Below are positions 1 through 9,601 of a stretch of DNA of 64,000 bases, one piece after another (positions within the stretch are counted from its first letter, which is position 1; each line of letters starts with the position of its first letter). The DNA comes from an uncultured Verrucomicrobiae bacterium (lineage in GTDB: Bacteria > Verrucomicrobiota > Verrucomicrobiia > Chthoniobacterales > Chthoniobacteraceae). Made by a program: the position numbers and the translations under genes. The stretch is taken from NCBI GenBank assembly GCA_963836755.1, contig CAWIKF010000001.1, positions 712,268 through 776,267 on the forward strand, read 5' to 3'. The notes below the pieces were generated by a model. That model worked only from the letters and a program-made list of their open reading frames with translations. It had not been told where the DNA came from and did not search any database.

Positions 1-200
1 GCGCTTCGGTTGCGACGGACACGACGGTCGGCAGAAAACGCCGGTAGTTTTGACGCCGAGAAAAAAGAGCCCGTCATAGCTCGCGTCGCGCGCGCGCCAC
101 GCGGTGGCCATTTCGCTTTCGGTCAAACTCGTTTGCTGGAACATCACGCTAAGAATCTACCACCGGCTTCCACCGAAAAAACGACACCGCATTGCGTGCT

Positions 201-1988
201 TCAAGCCGCACCGATGCCGAGATCGTAGCGGCTCGAGAGTTCCTGCAACTGCGTGCCGAGTTCTTCGAGTTTTTTCGCGTGCGCCTTCAATTGCATCGCA
301 CTTTCGAGATTTTCCGCGCTCACGTTTTTGATGTGCTGCATCGCGATTACGACCTGCTCGATGCCGGAAAGTTGCTCGCGGCTCGACGTTGCAATTTGCG
401 TCGACGCGTTCGCCGCCTGCATCACATTTTCGCCGAGCGCGACGATCGATTCGCCCGCTTCATCGGAGCGCTGCACGCCGGTTTCGACGGCTTTGTTGCC
501 CTGCTCGGTGAGCAGCGCGGCGCTGTGCGTCGCCTTTTGGATATCCCCCAAAATCGTCCGCACCTGCGCCGTCGCGGCCTTACTTTGCTCCGCGAGAAAT
601 TTCACCGCCTGCGCGACCACCGCGAATCCTTTTCCATTTTCACCGGCCTTCGCGGCCTCGATCGCGGCGTTGACTGCGAGCAAATTTGACTGTCGCGCGA
701 GGTCTTCGACCGCGCTGATGATTTCGCTGATTGCGCGGCTTTGCTCGCTGAGTCGCATCATTCCGACGGCGATGGAATCCATCTGCTGCCGGATTTCCTG
801 GGTGCCCACGCGCATCTCTTCTGCGGCGCGTCTGCCGCTTTCGGAGATCGCAGCCGTCGTCTGCGCGCGCGCCGCCACGCCGTCGGCTTTTTCGCTCGCG
901 AGCTGCGCCGTCTGCCGCAATTCCTCGATCGTCACCGTCGTCTCACTCAATGCCACGGCCGTGTGACTTGCGCCCTGCGCAAGCTGTCCCGTCGAGCCGA
1001 CAATTTCATTTGCCGTCGAGCCGAGCACCGCGATTCCGCGCCCGATCTCCGCAATTACTTTGGAAAGATCGGCCGTCCGCTCCTGCACTCGCACTTCGAG
1101 TTCATCTCGCGCTTTTCGCAGCGCTTCGTCGGCGAGGTCGCGCTCGGATTCCTTCCGGTCGAGCATCACGGCGTTGCTCCAGATCAACGCAGAAAAAACA
1201 ATCACCACGCACAGCACGAAAAGCGAAAACGCAAAATCCGCATCGTAAAAACGCGCGCGATGTCCGGAGAGAATCAGCCACCCGAGCAGCAGCGGTGCAC
1301 CGACGATCATGGCCAGCAAATGCCTCAGCATCATCCCGCCCGCGCCGTCATTCGTCAGTCGCGCCATCCAGCCGCTGCGCGGTTGCGCGCAGAGCAGAGC
1401 GCAAGCGAGCGCGACGAATCCGAACGCCGTGTGCAGCGCCATCGGGATGAAACGCGCGATCCCCGTGAGGCTCGTGACGCCGTAGCAATAGCCGACCAGC
1501 GCGAGCAAACCGATCAACGCAACCGCGAGCGCGAGCAATTGCGCGAGACGCCCTCCGCCTCGCCGGGCGCTGCGTTCCGTCAGCAAAAGCGCGGCGCCGA
1601 GCAGGAGAAAATTGAGCGCAGTCGTCGGCGCCATGCGGTTCGGGATCGGGCCGAGATCGAGTTTGTGCGGGAACAAAATTTGATCGAGCCCCAGATCGAA
1701 TCCGAACCGGATTCCCCCGAGTTTCAACGCCGCGACCAGGACCACCACGAACGCCGCGAGTTGCTGCCACGCGGAAATTGTTTCCACTTCCTCATCGCCG
1801 CAAAACCCCACCAGCGACAAGCCGCAAAGCAGAAAGCAAAGCGCCGTCAGCGGGTTCATCGCCACCAGGGCAGGTGCAACGCGCTTGAGCGGTTCGACGT
1901 CTAAGATCCAGCCTGCGAGCACCAGCGCGGGCAGCACCAGGGCGACGCCGCATCCGAATCGCAACACCCATCGGCACACCTTTGGCAT
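201..1988 (-). CDS. Methyl-accepting chemotaxis protein with multi-TM N-terminal sensor
   Basis: MCP hairpin signature LLAVNAAIEAAKAGENGKGFAVVA; several N-terminal hydrophobic helices; start moved to the ATG at 1988 (MPKVCRW). Confidence 0.9.
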   Translation of the reverse strand: MPKVCRWVLRFGCGVALVLPALVLAGWILDVEPLKRVAPALVAMNPLTALCFLLCGLSLVGFCGDEEVETISAWQQLAAFVVVLVAALKLGGIRFGFDLGLDQILFPHKLDLGPIPNRMAPTTALNFLLLGAALLLTERSARRGGGRLAQLLALAVALIGLLALVGYCYGVTSLTGIARFIPMALHTAFGFVALACALLCAQPRSGWMARLTNDGAGGMMLRHLLAMIVGAPLLLGWLILSGHRARFYDADFAFSLFVLCVVIVFSALIWSNAVMLDRKESERDLADEALRKARDELEVRVQERTADLSKVIAEIGRGIAVLGSTANEIVGSTGQLAQGASHTAVALSETTVTIEELRQTAQLASEKADGVAARAQTTAAISESGRRAAEEMRVGTQEIRQQMDSIAVGMMRLSEQSRAISEIISAVEDLARQSNLLAVNAAIEAAKAGENGKGFAVVAQAVKFLAEQSKAATAQVRTILGDIQKATHSAALLTEQGNKAVETGVQRSDEAGESIVALGENVMQAANASTQIATSSREQLSGIEQVVIAMQHIKNVSAENLESAMQLKAHAKKLEELGTQLQELSSRYDLGIGAA

Positions 1989-2083
1989 CGCCCAGCTATA
2001 AGCGGCCGCCGTTTTTACGCCATGAAAAAAGTCGCGAACTTCGCGCCGTCGTGCGCCGCACCGACTCGCGTCAAAGTTCGCTC

Positions 2084-2464
2084 CTACGGCGTCAGCAATC
2101 CCGCGAAATGTGCGCGATACCGGGCCAGCAAAAACAGCGCGAGCGCCGACACGACCGCCGCGATCGGCAGCCCGGAAGGATCGAGGCAAAGATGATAGAG
2201 ATCGATGTTTACGATCACCGGCCCGAGCAGCGTGAGCCCGAGCGCCACATACCGCCCGAGCAGCAAAAGCGCCCCGCCCGCGACCTGCAGCCCGCCGATG
2301 ACGAGCATGTAAGGGTTGCCCATCAGCGCCCGCATGAAAAACTGCGCGCGCTCCGGCGGCGCGACCGGCGGTTTCATCGGCAGGAAATGGAAAAAGATGT
2401 TCAAGCCAAAGACCACGAACGCGAGCCCGAGGAGGATGCGGATGATTGTGGTGAAAACTTTCAT
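2084..2464 (-). CDS. DoxX-like membrane protein
   Basis: MKVFTTIIRILLGLAFVVFGLN...; four hydrophobic segments. Confidence 0.75.
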   Translation of the reverse strand: MKVFTTIIRILLGLAFVVFGLNIFFHFLPMKPPVAPPERAQFFMRALMGNPYMLVIGGLQVAGGALLLLGRYVALGLTLLGPVIVNIDLYHLCLDPSGLPIAAVVSALALFLLARYRAHFAGLLTP

Positions 2465-2550
2465 GCGCCGCCAGAATGCGCAGATCTCGTGAGAAGGCAA
2501 CAGCGAATCCGCGCGTAGAAAACTCGCGGAAATGGAGTAAAAGTTGGCCG

Positions 2551-3477
2551 CTACATCTTCGGCGGATACGCAGGCAAATGCGCGAAGCCGTAACGGAGTA
2601 AAAGTTTGCTGTCCTCCCAAATCCCCGGCTTGTCCGTGTGCATCACGACCGCGATCACCTCGCGCGTCCCCCAAAGCGCAGAGCTGACGAGCACCTGCTG
2701 CGCGGGATTCGTGTAGCCAGTTTTGACGCCAGTGCAGCCGGGGAATACCGTCAGGAGCCGGTTGTGATTGCGCAGCTCGAACGGCCCGTTTTGGTTCGTC
2801 CACAAATGGTTGACCGTGCCGACGATGCGGCGAAAAAGCGGCTGCTGCATGGCGGCGCGCGCGATCAGCGCGAGGTCGTGCGGCGTGGTGTAATGCTCCG
2901 GATCGTGCAGGCCGTTCGGGTTGACGAAGTGGCTGTTCGTCGCGCCGAGTTCGCGCGCGCGGCGATTCATTTTGTCCGCGAATGCTTCGATGCTGCCGGC
3001 GTCGTCGCGCGCGAGGAGATGCGCCACGTCGTTCGCGCTTTTTAAAAGCATTCCGTAGAGCAGCTCGATGCGTGGATAATGATCGCCGACGCGCATCTCG
3101 AGCGAACTCTCCGGAACCTTCGGCTCCTCCGCGTCGGCGAGGGCTTCCTGGTCGAGATGACCATTTTCGATGACGAGCAGCGCGGTCAGAATTTTCGTAG
3201 TGCTCGCCGGATAGAAAGGCTGGTCCGCATTTTTTGCGTAGATAATTTCGCCAGTGACTTCATCGATCACACACGCGCCTTGCGCCGCGATCGGGAGGTC
3301 GCCGGTGAAAGTGTAAACATCGACGGCCGGTGACGAAGATGCGCTCGCAGCCTGCGTGGGAGCGGCGTCGGCGGTCTTGTGAGTGGAGGCCTTTTTCCGT
3401 TTGTGCGTCGTGGCCGCAAACGCGGGAGCGCCGTGAAAAAACAGCGAGAGGCCGGCGAGCAGCGCGAGATTTTTCAC
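2551..3477 (-). CDS. D-alanyl-D-alanine carboxypeptidase (peptidase S11)
   Basis: SxxK (PASTTK), SxN (SAND) and KTG motifs; signal peptide; GTG start overlaps the upstream stop. Confidence 0.92.
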   Translation of the reverse strand: MKNLALLAGLSLFFHGAPAFAATTHKRKKASTHKTADAAPTQAASASSSPAVDVYTFTGDLPIAAQGACVIDEVTGEIIYAKNADQPFYPASTTKILTALLVIENGHLDQEALADAEEPKVPESSLEMRVGDHYPRIELLYGMLLKSANDVAHLLARDDAGSIEAFADKMNRRARELGATNSHFVNPNGLHDPEHYTTPHDLALIARAAMQQPLFRRIVGTVNHLWTNQNGPFELRNHNRLLTVFPGCTGVKTGYTNPAQQVLVSSALWGTREVIAVVMHTDKPGIWEDSKLLLRYGFAHLPAYPPKM

Positions 3478-4685
3478 GCAGCCTCGCTCCCATCGACCAT
3501 CAGCCATCGGATGGGTGACTGGTGCTGAACAATCGCGTCATAAACATCGCCGACCGCGCCATCGAATGGCACGGCGATCAAGTCTGCATGCGCCCCGGGA
3601 GCGATCTGGCCGAGCGTTTCACTTTTTTGCAAAGCCTTCGCCGGATGCAGCGTGACGGTGCGCAAAATTTCCTCCGCGCCCAGCGTCGGCTCGTTTTTTT
3701 GCAACGCCTGCATCTCGGCAAAAAGGCTGAGCGAATCATTGCTCGCGAGGCTGTCGGTGCCGAGCGAGATGTTGACGCCGCAGTCGCGCAGTTTCTGGAA
3801 TTGAAACCTGCTGTGCGCGAAATACGCGTGACTGCGCGGGCAGTGAACGATGTTTAAACTTTTGCCGGCGAGAAGATCGAAGTCGTCGGCGTCGAGCTCG
3901 TTTGCATGCGCGAGAATCCAGTTTTCATCGACGAGATGATTTTCCAGCAATCGCCGCAGCGAGGAACGCCCGCCGCAATCGCTCATGTCGCGCCCGAGCC
4001 CGCGCATGAAATCAAACAGCGGCCCACTCGCGTCTCGAAACATCGCCTGCTCCTCGCGCGACTCCGCGACGTGCGTCGTGAGCGGCATGCCGGTGATGCG
4101 CGCGCAGTCGTTCGCGAGGCGATAAAGCGCCTCCGATGAAGTGTAAGGCGCGTGCGGGCTGAGGCCGAAACCGCCGAGCCAGCCGGGCCGTTCCTTGAAA
4201 AACATGAACGCGCCGGCGACGAGCCGATCCGTGGCGACGCGATGCCGCACGTCGATCATTTCATAAAACCACCACGTGCGAATCGGCGGCGCGGGCATTT
4301 GCGGGAGCAGCTCGGGAAAAGCCTCGATGTTAAAAACAGTCGTCGTCCCCCATTTTTTCAACTCCACAAAACCGCTCGCAATCGCGCGCAAATAATCGCT
4401 GTCGTCGAGGCTGCGCTTGAGCGCGTTGATGCGCGCGATCCATTGTGTGAAAGGTTGCGCCGCGTGGATGGCGTTGCGCATCATCGAGTAATCGAGATGG
4501 CAATGCGCGTTGATCAAGCCGGGCAAAAGCGCCTGCTCACCAAGGTCGTGAAGCTTGCCGGCGTAGAGCCGTCGCACCTCGTCAAATGCCCCGACGGCTT
4601 GGATTTGGCCGCCGGAAATCGCCACCGCGCCGTTCTCAATCGGCGGCCCATCCATTGTCACGACGATGCGCGCGCGGCAGATCAT
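3474..4685 (-). CDS. Metal-dependent amidohydrolase (TRZ/ATZ-like deaminase)
   Basis: PGLINAHCH, HAPY, HVAES and GTDS metal-binding motifs. Confidence 0.88.
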   Translation of the reverse strand: MICRARIVVTMDGPPIENGAVAISGGQIQAVGAFDEVRRLYAGKLHDLGEQALLPGLINAHCHLDYSMMRNAIHAAQPFTQWIARINALKRSLDDSDYLRAIASGFVELKKWGTTTVFNIEAFPELLPQMPAPPIRTWWFYEMIDVRHRVATDRLVAGAFMFFKERPGWLGGFGLSPHAPYTSSEALYRLANDCARITGMPLTTHVAESREEQAMFRDASGPLFDFMRGLGRDMSDCGGRSSLRRLLENHLVDENWILAHANELDADDFDLLAGKSLNIVHCPRSHAYFAHSRFQFQKLRDCGVNISLGTDSLASNDSLSLFAEMQALQKNEPTLGAEEILRTVTLHPAKALQKSETLGQIAPGAHADLIAVPFDGAVGDVYDAIVQHQSPIRWLMVDGSEAA

Positions 4686-5320
4686 TTTGGCGCTCCCTCG
4701 GTTCCACGGACGACATCGCGAGCGGCTGCGACGAGGAGATTACAGGCCTCGTGGCAGAGCAGGGGAATCGCCTGAAGGCCCGTGGCAGCTTGATCCACGG
4801 CCGGGTCGAACTTTTCCTCAGGCAGCGAAGTCATCGGAAAATTGTCGTCGATGCGCCACAAAATAGTTTTTAAACATCCGTCGCAGGATCGACAGAAACG
4901 GCCGATGAGCGAATCGGCCTGTTGGTCGGAGAGTTTCTTCGTCACCGCATACATTCCCGATTGGCGGTTCAGCGTTTCGCGCAGATTTACGCGGAGCAAA
5001 ACTCCGCGCTCATGCGTCCTAAAGACGCCCAGCATTGCGGGGTAAAACTCTTCGATCGCAGCGCGCACTTCTTGAAGATCGCGCAACACGAGTTTCCAGC
5101 CGCGGCGCAAATTTGGCGCAGTCTTGAGCGGACGAAAAATTCCTGCGGCATCATATTTCGCAAGTTCGCGAGCCGCGATCGGAGAGTTAAACACCTGCAG
5201 ATTGTCGCGGTCACTGTCAGCGTGATGCGTGATTTCGAATGTGCCGCGAATCACAATCTCGCCAATGCTTCCGCCGCCATTTTCCAGCAGTTTTTCGAGA
5301 GACGAAACGTTGCCGTTCAC
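4682..5320 (-). CDS. DR2241-family putative Fe-S protein
   Basis: FRPLKTAPNLRRGW, RQSGMY, Cys cluster CRSCDGCLK...CHEAC; coupled to the upstream CbiX gene. Confidence 0.75.
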   Translation of the reverse strand: MNGNVSSLEKLLENGGGSIGEIVIRGTFEITHHADSDRDNLQVFNSPIAARELAKYDAAGIFRPLKTAPNLRRGWKLVLRDLQEVRAAIEEFYPAMLGVFRTHERGVLLRVNLRETLNRQSGMYAVTKKLSDQQADSLIGRFCRSCDGCLKTILWRIDDNFPMTSLPEEKFDPAVDQAATGLQAIPLLCHEACNLLVAAARDVVRGTEGAPK

Positions 5321-6138
5321 ACGTGTTGAAAAGTCTCGTGATGCCGCGCGTCAAAGTCCTCAACCTGATCGAGCACGAGATCTGCAAAAAGTTTCTCTGT
5401 CCCGATCGCGCTGCTGTAAAAAAGCTCGCGGCCACTGATTTGATAAGGATTCCGGCGGAATACCTCCATCCGGCTCGCAGCCTCGGTCGGCGTATTTTCA
5501 ATGCCGAGCAGCACCGGGATGTCCTGATGACTGTGCAGGCCATCGGCCACGAAAAATGGAACGGCGACAACGTTCCGTTGCGTTGCCATTTTCCGCCAAT
5601 CAGTGACGAGTGGTTCCTCTTCCATGAACACGCCGAAAACTTCCGCGTATTCGCCGCGCTGTTGAATGAGCCGGACCTGATTCTTCACCGCCGCGCCGGA
5701 ATTGTCGTTCAGCGAAGTGCCGTGACCGATGATCAAAAGGCTCGTCGCGCTCGGCGGCACACCGGGTGCGACTTCAGCGGCGCGATGCAGAAGCAGGTCA
5801 GTCATGCGCGCGTGATTTCCCACAGGCTCGCAATATTTGACCACTCGCCCGTCGCGCCATGTCACCGCGCCGGGAAGCTCCAGTTCGCGCGGGATGATTT
5901 TTTGCGTGAAGTAGCCTTCGCTGATGAAATTCGGAACGATGTAAATGTCCCCGCTTTCCACTGTGTATAACACCTGTCGCAGGCTCGGCTCTTCTTTCCA
6001 AAACGCGCAGGCAACTTCACCAAAAATGCCGCGAGCCCTGATTTCATCGGCGTGCGCGAGCGTCGGCGCGCTGGAATCGGGGTTGACCGTCGAGCCGTGG
6101 CCGACGATGATGAGCGCGCTGTCCGGTTTTGAAAACAT
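5317..6138 (-). CDS. CbiX/SirB-like chelatase-domain protein (two domains)
   Basis: Repeated GHGS/GHGT, F(W/M)(K/E)EEP and P-x-F-x-x-(E/D)G motifs. Confidence 0.85.
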   Translation of the reverse strand: MFSKPDSALIIVGHGSTVNPDSSAPTLAHADEIRARGIFGEVACAFWKEEPSLRQVLYTVESGDIYIVPNFISEGYFTQKIIPRELELPGAVTWRDGRVVKYCEPVGNHARMTDLLLHRAAEVAPGVPPSATSLLIIGHGTSLNDNSGAAVKNQVRLIQQRGEYAEVFGVFMEEEPLVTDWRKMATQRNVVAVPFFVADGLHSHQDIPVLLGIENTPTEAASRMEVFRRNPYQISGRELFYSSAIGTEKLFADLVLDQVEDFDARHHETFQHV

Positions 6139-6171
6139 TGCGGAGACTTTCGCGGATGCCCCGGGCGAAGT

Positions 6172-7950
6172 CTAATGGAATGCCGCGTCGATCGTCGCCA
6201 CCTGCTGCCGCGCGCCATCGTCGTGGACATCGAATTCTGCGGCGTGACGGTAAGCGCGCAGCGCAGAATCGGGCTGGTGCGCGTGCAGCCACAAGTCTCC
6301 GAGCAGATGCCAGGAATCGGAGCGCCACCATTGCGTCGTGAGGACTTTTTGCAGCGCTAAAATTGCCGGCTTCAGCTCGCGGCGCTCGATGAGATGACCG
6401 ATGTAGCGTTTCTGGATCGACCAATCGTTCGGCGCGGATTGAGCGGCTTCAGCAAGCAAGTCGACGCGATCGCGGCCGGTCTGTTTGTATTCCAAAATCG
6501 CGAGATCCTGAATCGCTTCCGAACGCGTCAGCGGAATGCGGGCAGCTTTTTCAAATGCGTCTTGCGCCTTTTCAAAATTGTTCTCGCGCAAATAAACAGC
6601 TCCGAGTCCGAGCAGTCCTAAAGGCTGTTCTGGCGCACGTTGCAACGCCGTCACGAAATATGCTTCGGCGACGCGCTGATGACCCTGCGCCGATTCGAGC
6701 TGGCCGAGATTAATCAGCATGCGCGCGCTGTCACCGCCGTCGGCAATCGTCCGCTCGAGAAAGGTCCGCTGATCGCGCCAATCGAAGTTGCGGGTAAAAG
6801 TTCGCGTTGCGAGAAATGCCGCCCAAGCCAGCAGCAGAGCCCATCCGGCGGATTTTGAAAGCCGAGGATGCGTAAGACTCAAAGCAGCGCCGGCAAACAA
6901 AAAAGCACTCGGAAAATAGAGCCAATGTTCGGCGACGGTCGCATTCAGACGCAGTAAATTCGAGACGGGCAAATACGCGATGACGAATGCAGCGAGGCAA
7001 AAGAACGCGCAGAGTTCGCGACGGCGCGTCCAGCGCATCCAGAAATAAAACGCGGCCATCAGCAGCACGCCGAGGAGCGATTGGAACTCGCGCAATTCAG
7101 CCGAGCGCAGGGTCGCATTCGCATCGCCGCGGCCAAAGGGGAGCACGTCGCGCTCCATGTGCAGGTGCGCTGGCGCAAGTAAAAGTCCCGCGTATTCAGC
7201 CCACGCCCGCGCGATCAAGATCGGCCGCGCGGCCGCGGCGATTGCAGTGGGCGGAGGCGGCGGCGTTTCGTGTTCTGCGGTAAAACGGAGCGCGCCGTAA
7301 ATTCCAGCGATGCAGATCAGCGCGAGCAGCATCGGCCAAGGCTTTCGCTTGTTAAAAAAAGGAATGCACATCGCGAGCAGCGATGCGACGCAGCCACTTT
7401 CCTTTGACAACATTGCGGCGAGCAAACACGCCGCTCCGGAAATGAGCGACAGCGACGATCGCCCCATCGCCAAATAAAGTCCGGCGAAGCCGAAAAATGC
7501 CGCGATCAAGTCGGCGCGGCCTGACACATAAATCACCGCCGCGGAATGCAGCGGATGAATTGCCCAAATCGTCGCCACGGCTGATGCCAGCAGGGTTGCG
7601 CGCGGGACCGCAAAATGCGCAAACAATTTTTCGAGAAGTAAGAAAAGCATCACCGCGGCCGCCGCGTGCAGCAGCAGATTCGTGAGATGCCAGCCCCATG
7701 CGTGAAAGCCGAACCAAGCGTAATCCCAAGTGTTCGCCACGCGTTGCAGCGGCCGGTAAAAGTCCGACGGGGCCGCGTCGGTGAAAAGAAAATGGCGAAA
7801 ACTTTGCGGCAGCAGCCGCCAGCTTCGGATGAACGGGTCGCGAAAAACCAACGCGGTGTCGTCCCAGACAAAGCCGTCGCGCAGGGCCGGCGCATAGACG
7901 GCGAAGACCGCGACGATGATCAGCAGAATGCCAGCAGTGCGTTTATTCAG
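6172..7950 (-). CDS. TMTC-like GT-C membrane glycosyltransferase with C-terminal TPRs
   Basis: First TM followed by GFVWDD; YRPL, HPLHSAAV...GRAD, SKES and AEHWLYFPS motifs; TPR tail; start appears to be the CTG at 7950. Confidence 0.8.
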   Translation of the reverse strand: MNKRTAGILLIIVAVFAVYAPALRDGFVWDDTALVFRDPFIRSWRLLPQSFRHFLFTDAAPSDFYRPLQRVANTWDYAWFGFHAWGWHLTNLLLHAAAAVMLFLLLEKLFAHFAVPRATLLASAVATIWAIHPLHSAAVIYVSGRADLIAAFFGFAGLYLAMGRSSLSLISGAACLLAAMLSKESGCVASLLAMCIPFFNKRKPWPMLLALICIAGIYGALRFTAEHETPPPPPTAIAAAARPILIARAWAEYAGLLLAPAHLHMERDVLPFGRGDANATLRSAELREFQSLLGVLLMAAFYFWMRWTRRRELCAFFCLAAFVIAYLPVSNLLRLNATVAEHWLYFPSAFLFAGAALSLTHPRLSKSAGWALLLAWAAFLATRTFTRNFDWRDQRTFLERTIADGGDSARMLINLGQLESAQGHQRVAEAYFVTALQRAPEQPLGLLGLGAVYLRENNFEKAQDAFEKAARIPLTRSEAIQDLAILEYKQTGRDRVDLLAEAAQSAPNDWSIQKRYIGHLIERRELKPAILALQKVLTTQWWRSDSWHLLGDLWLHAHQPDSALRAYRHAAEFDVHDDGARQQVATIDAAFH

Positions 7951-8061
7951 AGCGCGCGATGATGCGCGGCGGCGCGCGCTGCATCAACTCCGAAACGGGC
8001 GCGCACATTTGGATGCGCTGCGTTCACACGTGCAAAGCTCGGTGCGCGCGAAACTAAAAGC

Positions 8062-8220
8062 ATGGCCACAACAAAACAAAAAACCGCGGCAAAAAAGAAC
8101 ATCAAGAAGGCAGCAAGCGCCGCAAAAGCGAAAAAGACGATCTCGCATTTGCCGAAAAAAACGCGCAGTGCGCTTGGGAAAAAAGGAGCGGCGGCTGCCA
8201 AGAAAAAGCGCGACGGCTGA
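8062..8220 (+). CDS. Small Lys/Ala-rich basic protein (52 aa)
   Basis: ATG..TGA giving MATTKQKTAAKKNIKKAASAAKAKKTISHLPKKTRSALGKKGAAAAKKKRDG; below the ORF-track cutoff. Confidence 0.7.
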   Translation: MATTKQKTAAKKNIKKAASAAKAKKTISHLPKKTRSALGKKGAAAAKKKRDG

Positions 8221-8266
8221 AATTCTCTTCAAGTCCGAATCCTCTGCCGGCGCCGATTTGCAGGCG

Positions 8267-8377
8267 ATGTTTGCTTTCTTCTCCAACCGCTTGGGCTGCA
8301 TCGGCTCACTGCTCGTCTCGCTCCTCGGCACCGCGCTTTTGATTCTTCTCATGCGCGGCTGTCATGGAGCAATGTGA
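8267..8377 (+). CDS. Small single-TM protein (36 aa)
   Basis: MFAFFSNRLGCIGSLLVSLLGTALLILLMRGCHGAM; ends 6 bp before the next gene. Confidence 0.55.
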   Translation: MFAFFSNRLGCIGSLLVSLLGTALLILLMRGCHGAM

Positions 8378-8383
8378 GGGGCG

Positions 8384-9337
8384 ATGAGCGCTGACCCGAT
8401 CCTCGATGCCGTCATCGTCGGCGGCGGGCCGGCCGGGCTCAGTGCCGCGCTCGTGCTCGGGCGCTGCCTGCGCCGCGTGCTGGTCTGCGACGCCGGCTTG
8501 CCGCGCAACGCGCCCGCGCGCATTTTCAATGGCTTCCTCTCGCGCGACGGTTCGACGCCCGCGGAGTTCCTAGAAATTTGCCGCAAGCAGCTTCGGCGCT
8601 ACGAAACGGTCGAGCTGCGCAAAGTAAAAGTGGAGGATGTCGAACGCGGCGATCGGCGATTCACGGTCGTCCTCGAGACGGGCGAGCGCATTGTGACGCG
8701 GCTGATTTTGCTCGCGAGCGGGCTCGTCGATGAACTGCCGCAGATCGAGGGCTTGAAACAATTTTACGGAAAGACTGCGCACAGTTGCCCGTATTGCGAC
8801 GGCTGGGAAAGTCGCGGCGAGCCGATGGCGGTTGCGGGTGGAAACCAGTGCGCCGTCGATCTCGCGATTGAACTGCTTTTGTGGAGCAAGGACGTCGTCC
8901 TTTGCACGAACGGCTCGCTGACTTGCGATGAAAAATCGCGCGCACAATTGCAACGCGCGGCTGTGCGAATCATCGACACACCGATCGCGCGGCTCGAGGG
9001 CGAGGGCGAGGAGCTGCGCGGCATCCGCTTTACCGATAGAAGTTTTCTTCCGCGGAAAGTGCTTTTCTTTTCTCCCGAGCAACACCAGCGCTCGCCGCTC
9101 GCCGAACGCCTCGGCTGCGGATTTTGTCCCGACGATGTGTGTTGCATCGAGTCCGGAGATGATACGGCGACGTGCGTGCCGGGCGTTTATGCAGCGGGCA
9201 ATGCGAGTAAAGGCGTGCAACTCGTGATCGCCGCTGCCGCCGAGGGAACGCTCGCGGCCGTTGCGATGAACAACGCGCTGCTCGAGGCCGATGCCGAAAC
9301 CGGCGCGCTCGCCGACGCGGAAATCGCAGGCATTTGA
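8384..9337 (+). CDS. Thioredoxin-reductase-like NAD(P)/FAD oxidoreductase
   Basis: GGGPAG FAD motif, CPYCDG redox motif, GVYAAG. Confidence 0.9.
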   Translation: MSADPILDAVIVGGGPAGLSAALVLGRCLRRVLVCDAGLPRNAPARIFNGFLSRDGSTPAEFLEICRKQLRRYETVELRKVKVEDVERGDRRFTVVLETGERIVTRLILLASGLVDELPQIEGLKQFYGKTAHSCPYCDGWESRGEPMAVAGGNQCAVDLAIELLLWSKDVVLCTNGSLTCDEKSRAQLQRAAVRIIDTPIARLEGEGEELRGIRFTDRSFLPRKVLFFSPEQHQRSPLAERLGCGFCPDDVCCIESGDDTATCVPGVYAAGNASKGVQLVIAAAAEGTLAAVAMNNALLEADAETGALADAEIAGI

Positions 9338-9384
9338 CAGCAGAGTTTTAAAACCGGCTGCCGCACTCCGTGCGTAACTTGTTT

Positions 9385-9573
9385 ATGCCAGCAAAATCCA
9401 AAAAACAGCAGATGGCCGCCGGCGCTGCACTCGCGGCGAAGCGCGGCGAAAAATCAAAGTCTTCGCTCAAGGGCGCGTCGAAACAAATGGTGAAGTCCAT
9501 GAGCGAAAAACAGCTCGACGAACTCGCGAGCACGAAGCGCAAAAAGCTTCCTGCCAAAAAGACTAAAAAGTAA
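9385..9573 (+). CDS. DUF3008-family small basic protein
   Basis: MPAKSKKQQMAAGAALAAKRG...SMSEKQLDELASTKRKKLP. Confidence 0.8.
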   Translation: MPAKSKKQQMAAGAALAAKRGEKSKSSLKGASKQMVKSMSEKQLDELASTKRKKLPAKKTKK

Positions 9574-9596
9574 GCAGCCGCGCGCCGGCTGCTTTG
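9572..9596 (+). terminator. Possible hairpin or weak intrinsic terminator
   Basis: aagcagccg-cgcgc-cggctgctt inverted repeat right after the stop; short T tail. Confidence 0.3.
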
Positions 9597-9601
9597 CAAA
9601 A

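Noticed and set aside
1..77. Possible minus-strand gene start running off the window
   Set aside because: Too short to support any call
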